64,000 nucleotides of DNA, taken from IMG/VR virus record IMGVR_UViG_3300011113_000805, positions 62,001-126,000 of that record, one strand, 5' to 3'. A program made the position numbers and the translations under genes. Under the pieces are notes generated by a model. It saw only the letters and a list, made by a program, of their open reading frames with translations. It ran no database searches and had not been told where the DNA came from. Of the stretch, positions 19,690 to 28,055 are shown in pieces (the first letter of the stretch is position 1; each line of letters opens with the position of its first letter).

Positions 19690-19697
19690 TAGGTATG
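19690..19697 (-). promoter_or_regulatory. Late promoter-like motif CATACCTA
   Basis: Directly upstream of the structured leader. Confidence 0.4.
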
Positions 19698-19712
19698 CAA
19701 GCCGGTGAATAC

Positions 19713-19731
19713 TTTTCACAAAAGGTGAAAA
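19713..19731 (-). terminator. Weak hairpin after the endonuclease gene
   Basis: TTTTCAC-CTTTT-GTGAAAA; A/U-rich stem with no good U-tract. Confidence 0.3.
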
Positions 19732-19740
19732 ATGCCGTAA

Positions 19741-20538
19741 TCACACCGCGCCGTAGTTGATGACCTCGAAGGAGGCACCGTTATCGAGGCACCACTGGGC
19801 CGTCGCCTGCCACTTCTCGTGATCTACCGATGTCGTGTGACCCTTCACTTCGTAGAGTGTCTTACCATCAAGTGTGAGGAAGTCTGGGATGTAGGTGCGC
19901 TCGACTCCCTTCGGATCGATGTAGGAAATGCGAATGTCGTGCTGCTTCGTGATGGGTAAGCCGGCGCTGATGCAAGAGTCCAGGAATCGTGTCTCCCAGG
20001 AAGAGTGCATATACTCCTCCCTGCCCGTGAATGGGTTGAGCTTCCACTCGGCCCTGTAGGGAGCTTGAGGACCGATCTTTCCCTGTTCGAGGAGGTCAAT
20101 GGCTCGATCTGTCTGGCGCTTTCTCTTCTCTGCCGACTCGGGCTTTTGCCAGTTTTCAGAGTTTGTCTTGGCTGATCGCTTTCTGACTTCGGGTGTTATA
20201 TGTGATCGCATTAATGCAGCTTGTGCTATAGTTTTTTCTTTATTTTCATTGTAATAGCGCTCTAAATTTTGACGATTTTTAGCACCGATCTTGGCCTTAG
20301 ATTCGGCAGTCAAACGACCTTTGATCCTTGCTGAGTGTCCGTGAATGTATCGAAGAAACCTCATACCTTGAGATTTAGAGAAAGGTGCATCTTGACCACA
20401 CCCACACTCACATTTTGGAGGGACACCTCCGTAAAAATGTTTCAATAGATAGCTCTCGTAAGAGAGGCCATGGCATCTGGACACGTGTGAGGCTAAACGC
20501 TCAAATGACTTAAAACAAAGTTTGCATGTAGTTTCCAT
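19741..20538 (-). CDS. Free-standing putative homing endonuclease: Zn-finger/NUMOD-like N-terminus plus TnsA-like PD-(D/E)xK nuclease
   Basis: CKLC...H...H and PPKCECGCG motifs, a basic linker, then YMHSSWETRF...YIPDF...LYEVKG. Confidence 0.7.
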   Translation of the reverse strand: METTCKLCFKSFERLASHVSRCHGLSYESYLLKHFYGGVPPKCECGCGQDAPFSKSQGMRFLRYIHGHSARIKGRLTAESKAKIGAKNRQNLERYYNENKEKTIAQAALMRSHITPEVRKRSAKTNSENWQKPESAEKRKRQTDRAIDLLEQGKIGPQAPYRAEWKLNPFTGREEYMHSSWETRFLDSCISAGLPITKQHDIRISYIDPKGVERTYIPDFLTLDGKTLYEVKGHTTSVDHEKWQATAQWCLDNGASFEVINYGAV

Positions 20539-20591
20539 ATTTAGATAATATTCAACTCTATTCCGACATAAACCTCCGCGCTAAAATAGAA

Positions 20592-20618
20592 GCGGTGCCA
20601 CTACGAGAGTGGCACCGC
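20592..20618 (-). terminator. Intrinsic terminator after the major capsid gene
   Basis: 10-bp stem GCGGTGCCAC/GTGGCACCGC, 7-nt loop, then TTCTATTTT. Confidence 0.8.
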
Positions 20619-20634
20619 CAATATTAGTTGCAAC

Positions 20635-20652
20635 CTAACCCTTTCGAGTTAG
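20635..20652 (-). other. GAAA-tetraloop hairpin just after the capsid stop codon
   Basis: CTAACTC-GAAA-GGGTTAG (one G-U pair). Confidence 0.5.
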
Positions 20653-20663
20653 ATTACATTCAA

Positions 20664-22589
20664 CTATATTATGTTCATGTCGAGGCAAGTGACCGTGCCA
20701 TAGAAGTCGCTGCGAACCATCTTCTTGCCATAACGAGTCATGACACCCTTACGAGGGGTGAAATCCTCAGGAGCAAAGATGGTGGGAGTGACAATGAGTG
20801 GAACGTAGGGAGCATAGACATATCCGGTCTCCAGGTAGCTGCCGCCCTTGAAGCCGACGAGGATCTTGTTACGGGGGAAGTAAGGATCCTTGTAGACGGT
20901 GAAGCGGTTGCTAAGGGTTCCGATCTTCTCGGCACCAATTGTCATGGGGGTACCAACCTGGCCGCTGCCGTCGATGGAGTAGACGGGCTTGTAGAGCACC
21001 GAAGCCTCCAGGATGGTGGCGACGTCAGGGGAGACCACAATGAAGTTGGCGGAGCCGCGGAGGGTCTTGCGATGGATCTCGTTGGCAACATCGATAATGG
21101 TCTCGGAGAGGGTCTCGTACCACTCACGAACGGTGCCGGTGAAGGCAGGGCCAGGAGTGAGTGTAGATGCACGAGCAACTTCAGCACCAGTCTGCTTGTT
21201 AACAAACTTACCAGGAGCACGAGACCAGAAGAAGTTGGCACCGGTTCCGGTTGTCAACAGGTCATTGAGGATCTCACGGTCCAGCTCTAGAGCAATCTGC
21301 TCGGAGAGGATCTGGGTGAGCTCAACTTCTGCGTCAAGTGAGTGGTAGGCATTGAGGTCCTGGGCAAGCTCAGGTGACCAGCGAGCGCGAAGCTTACGAG
21401 TTGTGGCAACAACCGAGATGGACTCGATCTTGATGTCAATCTCAGGGATCGCAGGTGAAGGCGAAGTGCTGTTGAAATTGGACTCAAAGACTGGAATTGT
21501 CAGTGTTGAACCATCGTTGCCAACATCAAGTGTTGAAGCAATAGGATAGCTAACAAAGAAGTCACCAGGTGCTGTGCCTGCAAGCTTCGTTCCTGAAACA
21601 ATCATTAGCACTGCGGCATTTGTTCCGCTAACAGGTGTAAATCCATTAGCTGTGAAGGTGTTGGTGCCAGAGTCCCAAGTACCAAGCTGGTTGAGGCGGC
21701 GAACGTTAAGAACACCGGTACCACCTTGCACGGCCTGACCTACAGGAGCAACATCGGTGTCAGCATTTGCAGCTCCTGTGAGGAAGAGACCAAACTCCTT
21801 CACCATGGTGGAATCAACATTGCTCTGGAATCCCTTACCGGTGCCGGCATTACCAGCAAACTTTAGAACAACAGCGGTAAACTTACCGGCAGACTGATCA
21901 ATGAGGCTGCTGATTTGTGGGTCGAATTGGAGAAGACGACCATCGGAACCAGATGTTGAAAGAGTTCCTTGAACAAGAGTGGTTCCTGAGCCGTAGGATC
22001 CTGATGCAAGGAATGCGTCAGCGAGAACTGTTGAAATTGCAGATCCACTGTGCACCTTGGAGTAAGCAGTGCCAACGAGGTCGTACTGACCACCGACACC
22101 AAGAGATCCTGACTGAATTCCCTTGCCAGCGGGGTTGTTATAGATGGACTGCCCAACTGAGTACGTACCACGAGCGCCAACAGTTTCGCTACCATCAACA
22201 CCGGTGTTAGCGCCACGGTTATTACCAAAAGTGTAATCCAGGTAGAAAAGGAGACCTGATGGGAGGCTCATAGGCTGAATGGAAACGAGATCGTTGGCAA
22301 CAAGACCACCGAAGACCCTACGAACGATAGGGAATGCGATGTTGGTGAAGCCGCGGATGTCGCCAGAAGAGGAAGAGGTGCCGGCACCATTACCGATGGA
22401 GTTAGCCTCCTTCAGGATCTGGGCAGTCTGGTTCTCCAGGAGGCGAGCCATATTCTCCTTGCGGACACCGTCGAGACCCCTCAGGAGTCCAGTGCGGTTC
22501 CACTTCTCGAGGAGCCTACGTCCCTCGGTGCCAAGATGCCTCTCGCGAATGCCCTCGGCTAGTTGATCTAGTGTAAATGACTTCGACAT
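20664..22589 (-). CDS. Major capsid protein (T4 gp23-like)
   Basis: 641 aa: KWNRTGLL, AFPIVRRVF, VSIQPMSLPSGLLFYLDY, TRKLRARWSPELAQDLNAYHSLDAEVEL, YAPYVPL, GVMTRYG. Confidence 0.97.
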   Translation of the reverse strand: MSKSFTLDQLAEGIRERHLGTEGRRLLEKWNRTGLLRGLDGVRKENMARLLENQTAQILKEANSIGNGAGTSSSSGDIRGFTNIAFPIVRRVFGGLVANDLVSIQPMSLPSGLLFYLDYTFGNNRGANTGVDGSETVGARGTYSVGQSIYNNPAGKGIQSGSLGVGGQYDLVGTAYSKVHSGSAISTVLADAFLASGSYGSGTTLVQGTLSTSGSDGRLLQFDPQISSLIDQSAGKFTAVVLKFAGNAGTGKGFQSNVDSTMVKEFGLFLTGAANADTDVAPVGQAVQGGTGVLNVRRLNQLGTWDSGTNTFTANGFTPVSGTNAAVLMIVSGTKLAGTAPGDFFVSYPIASTLDVGNDGSTLTIPVFESNFNSTSPSPAIPEIDIKIESISVVATTRKLRARWSPELAQDLNAYHSLDAEVELTQILSEQIALELDREILNDLLTTGTGANFFWSRAPGKFVNKQTGAEVARASTLTPGPAFTGTVREWYETLSETIIDVANEIHRKTLRGSANFIVVSPDVATILEASVLYKPVYSIDGSGQVGTPMTIGAEKIGTLSNRFTVYKDPYFPRNKILVGFKGGSYLETGYVYAPYVPLIVTPTIFAPEDFTPRKGVMTRYGKKMVRSDFYGTVTCLDMNII

Positions 22590-22640
22590 ATTCTATATCT
22601 CCGTTGTTTGTTGAGTTGACTTCTGAATGTCCCGGCCCTA

Positions 22641-24476
22641 TCAGGCCTTTCCGTTCCCGATGCCGGCCAGAACAGCCCAGCGATCAGTCTCACCGACGGA
22701 TTCATTAATCATGCCACCTGGCCTCGTCGATCTTGAGGAGCTGCCCACTGTCCTGTTCGTCCCCTCTGAAAGATTACCTGATGCCTTGGAAAGGGATTCA
22801 TTCAGGCTCTTGTAGAGGAGGTTCGCCTCTCTAATAGTCTTTGCAGAGTCGAGAGCCTCGACAACAGCTTTCAGTTTGGACTGGGGTAGAGCTGTGTTCT
22901 GCATCAACTTGTTGACAAACAGAAGCTTGGCGTTGAACAGCTTCTGTTCTTTGAGCTCGCGGCTAAGCCCTTCTAATGCCGCAGTCGCCTCTTTAAGACG
23001 ACCCATGAGAGCTCGATTCTTGCGAGCCTCCTTTACTGCCTCATCCTTGGCCTCATCTGCCTTCTTCTCGGCGTCCTTGGCCTTTTTCTTGGCTTCTTTG
23101 AGTTTTTCGTTCTCAGAGACATTTGCATTGAGTTCGACATCATCGTAAGCCTTAAACTTCTTCTCGGGGGTACCACCAAATGCATGACCAGGTTCAATCT
23201 CCTCACGGAGACGACGTGAACGAAGACGATGAAGTTCACGACGAAGCATGTTTTCATTGATGGTGTAGACTGTTCCGGAACGACGACGACGGGACTCCAT
23301 GTGCATACCTTCATTATCCATCTCGTCCATATCGTCCATCTCGTCCATATCGTCCATCTCGTCCATCTCATCCATCTCGTCATAGAGACTGCCCTCTGGC
23401 ATATCATCCATCTCCATGGACATCTCTTCGTCCATCTCTAGCTTAATCTCGTCATCACCACCTTCATCATCAGCGGCCATTTCCTCATCATCACCTGCAG
23501 GTGCAACCTGCATTCCAACTGCTGCGGCAAGTGACTCAATAGCCGACTTCACGGCATTGACATCGACTTCGGCTTCACCGTCATCACCATCATCAGCAGC
23601 CTCATCGCCTTCATCATCACCACCTTCATCATCGGCAGCCTCATCATCGGCAGCCTCATCATCGGCAGCCTCACGAAGACGGTTGGCTCTCTTTGCTTTC
23701 TCTTCACGCTCAAGAAGTGTACGTAGTAGTGACCTAGTTGACATTTGCTTAATCTCCTTTAGTAGCAGGTTCATTTCTCTTGCCGATGCCTCTTGCAACT
23801 CACCTCGAGGAAGGGTGTTTAATTCACCCTGAAAACCTAAAGACTTGCGCAAGATGTTATTGAAGCTCTCGACAATTCGAAGTGCAGCTTTACCTGTGCT
23901 CCTGCCTTCATTAAGGGCGCCGAGGGCCCTTCCAATTAGTTTTAGCTCCATTCGTGTTTCACGAATACGGTCACGCAGACCGCCCTTGCCATCGATTATC
24001 CCCAGAAGGGTATTTATCGATTCATTTGTAAGGACAACACCCTCATCAGTGAGCATTTTGCCACCTAAGGAGTCTCCTTCGAACTCTATGTTAATTTTCT
24101 TAACACCGTCAGATGGAAGTGTGATTGTACCACCCTTCGAGAAAGATCCTAGACCGAAGTCGCCAGTATCCTTGTCGGTGCCATCAAAATCATCCTCTTC
24201 CTCTTCTTCAAATTGATCTTCGCCCATCTCATCATCGTCAAGATCATCCATGTCACCTTGCATGGGCTCTTCAATATCTAGGTCGTCAGGATTTTCGAGT
24301 GAATTGACAATTGAATCAATATCCTCATCATCATCAGCTTCCCTAACAAGTTTCTTCTCGACAAGTTTTCTGATTCTTGGGGCGACAGCCTCAATGAGCT
24401 TATTGGTGGCATTTTCCTCAGCCATCCTCACAAGCTCCTTGGCGTCAGCTATTGCTTCATCGTATAATGATGACAT
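22641..24476 (-). CDS. Prohead core / scaffold protein (T4 gp22-like)
   Basis: Very acidic with a coiled-coil C-terminus (LKEQKLFNAKLLFVNKL, AKTIREANLLY, RWAVLAGI). It lies directly upstream of the capsid gene; ATG at 24476. Confidence 0.8.
   Translation of the reverse strand: MSSLYDEAIADAKELVRMAEENATNKLIEAVAPRIRKLVEKKLVREADDDEDIDSIVNSLENPDDLDIEEPMQGDMDDLDDDEMGEDQFEEEEEDDFDGTDKDTGDFGLGSFSKGGTITLPSDGVKKINIEFEGDSLGGKMLTDEGVVLTNESINTLLGIIDGKGGLRDRIRETRMELKLIGRALGALNEGRSTGKAALRIVESFNNILRKSLGFQGELNTLPRGELQEASAREMNLLLKEIKQMSTRSLLRTLLEREEKAKRANRLREAADDEAADDEAADDEGGDDEGDEAADDGDDGEAEVDVNAVKSAIESLAAAVGMQVAPAGDDEEMAADDEGGDDEIKLEMDEEMSMEMDDMPEGSLYDEMDEMDEMDDMDEMDDMDEMDNEGMHMESRRRRSGTVYTINENMLRRELHRLRSRRLREEIEPGHAFGGTPEKKFKAYDDVELNANVSENEKLKEAKKKAKDAEKKADEAKDEAVKEARKNRALMGRLKEATAALEGLSRELKEQKLFNAKLLFVNKLMQNTALPQSKLKAVVEALDSAKTIREANLLYKSLNESLSKASGNLSEGTNRTVGSSSRSTRPGGMINESVGETDRWAVLAGIGNGKA
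23317..23383. repeat. Imperfect 9-bp tandem repeat encoding (DEM/DDM)n
   Basis: Units tccatctcg/tccatatcg, about 7 copies, within the scaffold gene. Confidence 0.75.
23626..23673. repeat. Perfect 15-bp tandem repeat x3 encoding AADDE
   Basis: tcatcatcggcagcc at 23626, 23641 and 23656. Confidence 0.9.
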
Positions 24477-24494
24477 CACCAATCTCCGTGTTTC

Positions 24495-24502
24495 TATGTA
24501 TT
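24495..24502 (-). promoter_or_regulatory. Late promoter-like motif AATACATA
   Basis: 18 nt before the scaffold ATG. Confidence 0.55.
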
Positions 24503-24520
24503 ACAGGCAATGTGATAAAA

Positions 24521-25078
24521 TCAAACATTTCTATCATTCTCTCTAAAAATGTTGGAAATTATCTTGCGAAGCCTTGTTATTTCAGGCGCCTCCTCCTGAT
24601 CCTCACTAGGATCCAGAATAACCGAGGCAAATTGGGTGCCTCGAGGAGTTGACTTAGTCCTGAGGATATTCTTCGTTACCTGCCAAGGATTCGAACCCAC
24701 CATGCCACTATCCCTACCCTTATAAAGGTCAGGGATAGGAACCATTCCACCACGCGTGTTATTTCTTACAACGGATTCAAATCTCGTTGCTGAACCAAAG
24801 AAGTAGAACGGGTCACTTTTCTTGGTGGCAAGTGGATCTGATGGAATGTATGCTGAAAGTTTTTTGCTCACATTGGACTCGTCTTCAGGATCCATTTCCA
24901 TATCATTTGCCTCTTCCTCATTGGGACTAACAGGTTCACGATATGGAAATGTACCTTGATACTGTCTTGGGGAATGATAGCCTGACTGGGTTCCATAACC
25001 TAGACCAGTTCTAGCATCATAATTGGGGAAGTTTGCAGGACCTCCACCAATAGCTTCCCAAAGAGTTTTACGATGCAT
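24521..25078 (-). CDS. Hypothetical head-module protein (185 aa)
   Basis: Likely start MHRKT at 25078, overlapping the upstream stop; Gly/Pro/Tyr-rich. Confidence 0.65.
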   Translation of the reverse strand: MHRKTLWEAIGGGPANFPNYDARTGLGYGTQSGYHSPRQYQGTFPYREPVSPNEEEANDMEMDPEDESNVSKKLSAYIPSDPLATKKSDPFYFFGSATRFESVVRNNTRGGMVPIPDLYKGRDSGMVGSNPWQVTKNILRTKSTPRGTQFASVILDPSEDQEEAPEITRLRKIISNIFRENDRNV

Positions 25079-25589
25079 TCTGAGTTGCTGGTGACTTGCC
25101 AAGATCAGGAATGTCAACGGTTGTCGACATGTTAGCTGATGCTACCGATGGGTTCTTGTCAGGTGCAATGACTGTTGTCGATGCTCCGGAATGTGAACCA
25201 TTTGTAGGAACTGTGCCATATCCAGCAGGGGCCGCCGCCATGTCAGCGGGATTGACTGATCCAGCCCCGGGGCTCACGGGGTTTGGAACCCATGCGGAGG
25301 CAGGAAGTCCACCTGCACCAGTAGGAACATCAGCATAGTTTGGCGCACCATTTCCTGCAAAATCTCGGTTGTAGTTTCCAACCTGACCATTGTCAATAAT
25401 CTCACCATCCAGGAGAAGCTCTAGAGCCGCCTTCTTGTAAGAAGAGGCATTGGATGTTGGTAAGTCACCGTCAGCAAGTCCAGGTGTTTGTGGAAACATT
25501 GACTGAAGGGTAGCAGTGTCAGAACTGCCTGGGGATCTGGTCCTTGTTCCAACGGTTTTAATCGTTGGGTATGTATATGTTCTACTCAT
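25068..25589 (-). CDS. Hypothetical head-module protein (173 aa)
   Basis: SD GGAGG; Pro/Gly/Ala-rich. Confidence 0.7.
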   Translation of the reverse strand: MSRTYTYPTIKTVGTRTRSPGSSDTATLQSMFPQTPGLADGDLPTSNASSYKKAALELLLDGEIIDNGQVGNYNRDFAGNGAPNYADVPTGAGGLPASAWVPNPVSPGAGSVNPADMAAAPAGYGTVPTNGSHSGASTTVIAPDKNPSVASANMSTTVDIPDLGKSPATQNAS

Positions 25590-25612
25590 TTTTCCCTCCA
25601 GTCAAATTATTT

Positions 25613-25885
25613 TCAGCGACGTGCAAGGCGGCGACGAAGATTTCTCTTGCTCTCACGAATCTTCTCCAGCTGTGCGGCGAGGCGGCGCTCCTGCAGGGTA
25701 AGATTGCGATAAGCATGTGACTCATTCTTAGGTGAGAAATCCTTATGTGCAGCTAGAGTATCAGCGTAACCATCAGCATCAACCTCGTCAGGTGCAGGTG
25801 CATCTAGCTCCTGCTGAATTTTCTTCTTCTCCTCAAGGACGATACGACGAAGGAGAGCTGGTGTAAGAGTAACAGTTTTTGACAT
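25613..25885 (-). CDS. Hypothetical head-module protein (90 aa, coiled coil)
   Basis: SD CAGGAG; promoter-like motif upstream. Confidence 0.7.
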   Translation of the reverse strand: MSKTVTLTPALLRRIVLEEKKKIQQELDAPAPDEVDADGYADTLAAHKDFSPKNESHAYRNLTLQERRLAAQLEKIRESKRNLRRRLARR

Positions 25886-25917
25886 TTTTATCTCCTGGAG
25901 CTTTTTTGCTCGATTAC

Positions 25918-25925
25918 TATGTATT
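25918..25925 (-). promoter_or_regulatory. Late promoter-like motif AATACATA
   Basis: 32 nt before the ATG at 25885. Confidence 0.5.
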
Positions 25926-26377
25926 CACCTTCTTGGGCTAATTTTCGAATTCGAGAAGGCAATTGTTGCCCAATTATCTGCGCCTTCAAAAAGGGTAGGA
26001 TCCACACCGGTATCAATGTATGGATTTGTATTCTCATTATTGGCAGCTGAACCGATTCTTTCAACTAATCCGCTAGACGCAGTATCTGCAAATATTTCAG
26101 CCATTATAGCGTTTCCACCGGTAAGTTCTCGATAACTCTCGGCTTTAACCCTAGTGGTCACAGGCTGTTGTGTCTTTGGAACCGAAGCCTTTCGTGAGAC
26201 ACCATTAGGATGAATCAAGTCCAGTGCCGGTCGAGAAATAGTATGCTGAGCCTCTACTGGTGCTCGGCTTCCAGATTTTCTTTCTCTAACACTTTCAACG
26301 ACATTTTTTGGAGATCCCTCAATTATGATCTCAAGAAGACACTCTTTTACCAAGGATTTTAGATCATCTCTTGTCAC
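25925..26377 (-). CDS. Hypothetical head-module protein (150 aa)
   Basis: Likely GTG start at 26377 (SD GGAGG), overlapping the protease stop. Confidence 0.65.
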   Translation of the reverse strand: MTRDDLKSLVKECLLEIIIEGSPKNVVESVRERKSGSRAPVEAQHTISRPALDLIHPNGVSRKASVPKTQQPVTTRVKAESYRELTGGNAIMAEIFADTASSGLVERIGSAANNENTNPYIDTGVDPTLFEGADNWATIAFSNSKISPRR

Positions 26378-28055
26378 TCTTCCTCCACGAAAGTACTTCG
26401 TTGAATACTCTATCAATTCTATCGCTTCGTGTGAAGGTCTTTTTTAGATCATTTTCAGAAACCCTCTTTCCCTCGGCCATCATAAATGCACCTGGTGTCG
26501 ACGGCTCTGCGACAAAGTCCCAGCAGATCAGCTGAAAATCGTCCTGCACAACCTGTGAGTCTCCATCACGTTTTGTAGAACCAACTCCACGTGATGAGAT
26601 TCCAAGTGTGACGCCGGACTCAACAAGGCTCTGAAGAATCTTGCCCATTGGGGTGTCCAAGATTTCCACAGTACCATAACAAACATTTCCTTCCAACCAG
26701 GCTTCACGAATAATGTGACTCACTTTTTTCAGTTCAACAACAGACGAGTCTGGGTGGTCACAGTTTCCTGTCCATACGACTCTTTCATTTTGCCTCATAA
26801 GCCATGTTCCGTTCTTGACATTAACGCAATACACAGGACCATCATATTCAATTTCATCAATTTTCATAAACCTTAGATCAGATGAAACTGCATTTGATGT
26901 ATGCATATACACAATATGCATATCAGATTGGTTTTCAGCTAGAATCACTCGTCCAGGATCAGGTGAAATTCTTTCATAGGGCTTTCTAACTCTAATTGTT
27001 GAAGCATGCCCTAGTTTAAGCATGACCTCTTGAACATCATTTGCCAATCGTCTTGATGAGGTTGCATATTCAATTGCACCATTTTTCCTATGAAGACCAT
27101 CACCATACAGCATCCATTCTAACAATATTGATAAAAGCCTTGGAGACCAATTTTTTGCATAATCAGGAATGAACTTTTCTCGAGATCCGCCTAACTGAAC
27201 TAAATGTGAGTGAAGTTCTGAATTTCTAATACAGAAATCAAATCTCTTCTCTAAAGACTCCTTAGTTGTAAAATTCCATGGAAGCTGCTGCATAAGATTC
27301 ATAATCTTGTTTGCAGTTTCACCTGAATTTTGTGTGATTACAACATTATGATATGCCTGCCTATATGACTTATACACACCACTTGAATGACCTTCAGCCA
27401 AGTATATTCCTAAAAAGGCTGCCCAAAGTTGTGAATCGATTTCCTTACCATCAATCAAAAATGTTTCAGGATCTTCACCCTTCCAGTTTGTGAATGCTCG
27501 CTTAAATGCACTATGACTTATCCATGATCTTTTAGTTTTATTTGTGCCTCTGGCAATATCAAGCAGTTCAGTAGATGAAATTTTGTATGGAATATTTTTT
27601 CTGTCCCAAAGAACATGATTGTGACTTGGTGTTACAACCATGTTATAGGTCGAGTGATTGTGAATTTTGTGTAACTTTCCTGAAAATTGAATTTCAATTT
27701 TTTGATCAATTGCCTGATATTCAGTTTCACCGGTACTCAAATTACAAGTTGCAATAATCTCATTATCATCGATGTTTTCTATCTTTTTCCATCCTGAAAG
27801 AGTAAGAATCTCTGTGCCAGGCGGAACACACTCTCCTAAGGCCCTATTTTCTCTAATGAACTTTTGATAGTTTCTAACTTCTCTCTCAAGAATACTAAGT
27901 GGATAGACACGACCATTCTGATTGAGAGTCTCAGCCTTCTGGAGGATTCCTTTCATGATAACTTTTCCACCGTTTCTATCACGGCTTTCCTTAACCATTT
28001 CAGGTGTATATGAAAATGCCGTCCATTCGGTAAGAAGCTTTTTGTCACTTGACAT
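26364..28055 (-). CDS. Prohead maturation protease (T4 gp21-like) containing an intein
   Basis: Start MSSDKKLL. Exteins: GILQKAETLNQNGRVYP, ALGE|CDHP, GISSRGVGS, WDFVAEPSTPGA. The spliced product is 207 aa. Confidence 0.93.
   Translation of the reverse strand: MSSDKKLLTEWTAFSYTPEMVKESRDRNGGKVIMKGILQKAETLNQNGRVYPLSILEREVRNYQKFIRENRALGECVPPGTEILTLSGWKKIENIDDNEIIATCNLSTGETEYQAIDQKIEIQFSGKLHKIHNHSTYNMVVTPSHNHVLWDRKNIPYKISSTELLDIARGTNKTKRSWISHSAFKRAFTNWKGEDPETFLIDGKEIDSQLWAAFLGIYLAEGHSSGVYKSYRQAYHNVVITQNSGETANKIMNLMQQLPWNFTTKESLEKRFDFCIRNSELHSHLVQLGGSREKFIPDYAKNWSPRLLSILLEWMLYGDGLHRKNGAIEYATSSRRLANDVQEVMLKLGHASTIRVRKPYERISPDPGRVILAENQSDMHIVYMHTSNAVSSDLRFMKIDEIEYDGPVYCVNVKNGTWLMRQNERVVWTGNCDHPDSSVVELKKVSHIIREAWLEGNVCYGTVEILDTPMGKILQSLVESGVTLGISSRGVGSTKRDGDSQVVQDDFQLICWDFVAEPSTPGAFMMAEGKRVSENDLKKTFTRSDRIDRVFNEVLSWRKSDKR
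26763..27830 (-). mobile_element. Intein (356 aa) with LAGLIDADG-type homing endonuclease
   Basis: Starts CVPPGTEILT; block B VTPSH; endonuclease blocks FLGIYLAEG and WMLYGDG; block F VYCVNV; ends WTGN with Cys at +1. It is AT-richer than the exteins. Confidence 0.92.

Noticed and set aside
19615-19719. 35-aa N-terminal extension of the decoration-like ORF from a GTG
   Set aside because: A strong SD precedes ATG 19614, and the extension runs through the promoter motif and structured leader.
20628-21290. 220-aa plus-strand ORF opposite the capsid gene
   Set aside because: An antisense shadow in a high-GC3 segment where stops are scarce; no independent evidence of coding.
21500-22225. Intein or intron in the capsid gene
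   Set aside because: The frame is continuous, with no Cys/Ser start, HN/GN end or endonuclease motif.
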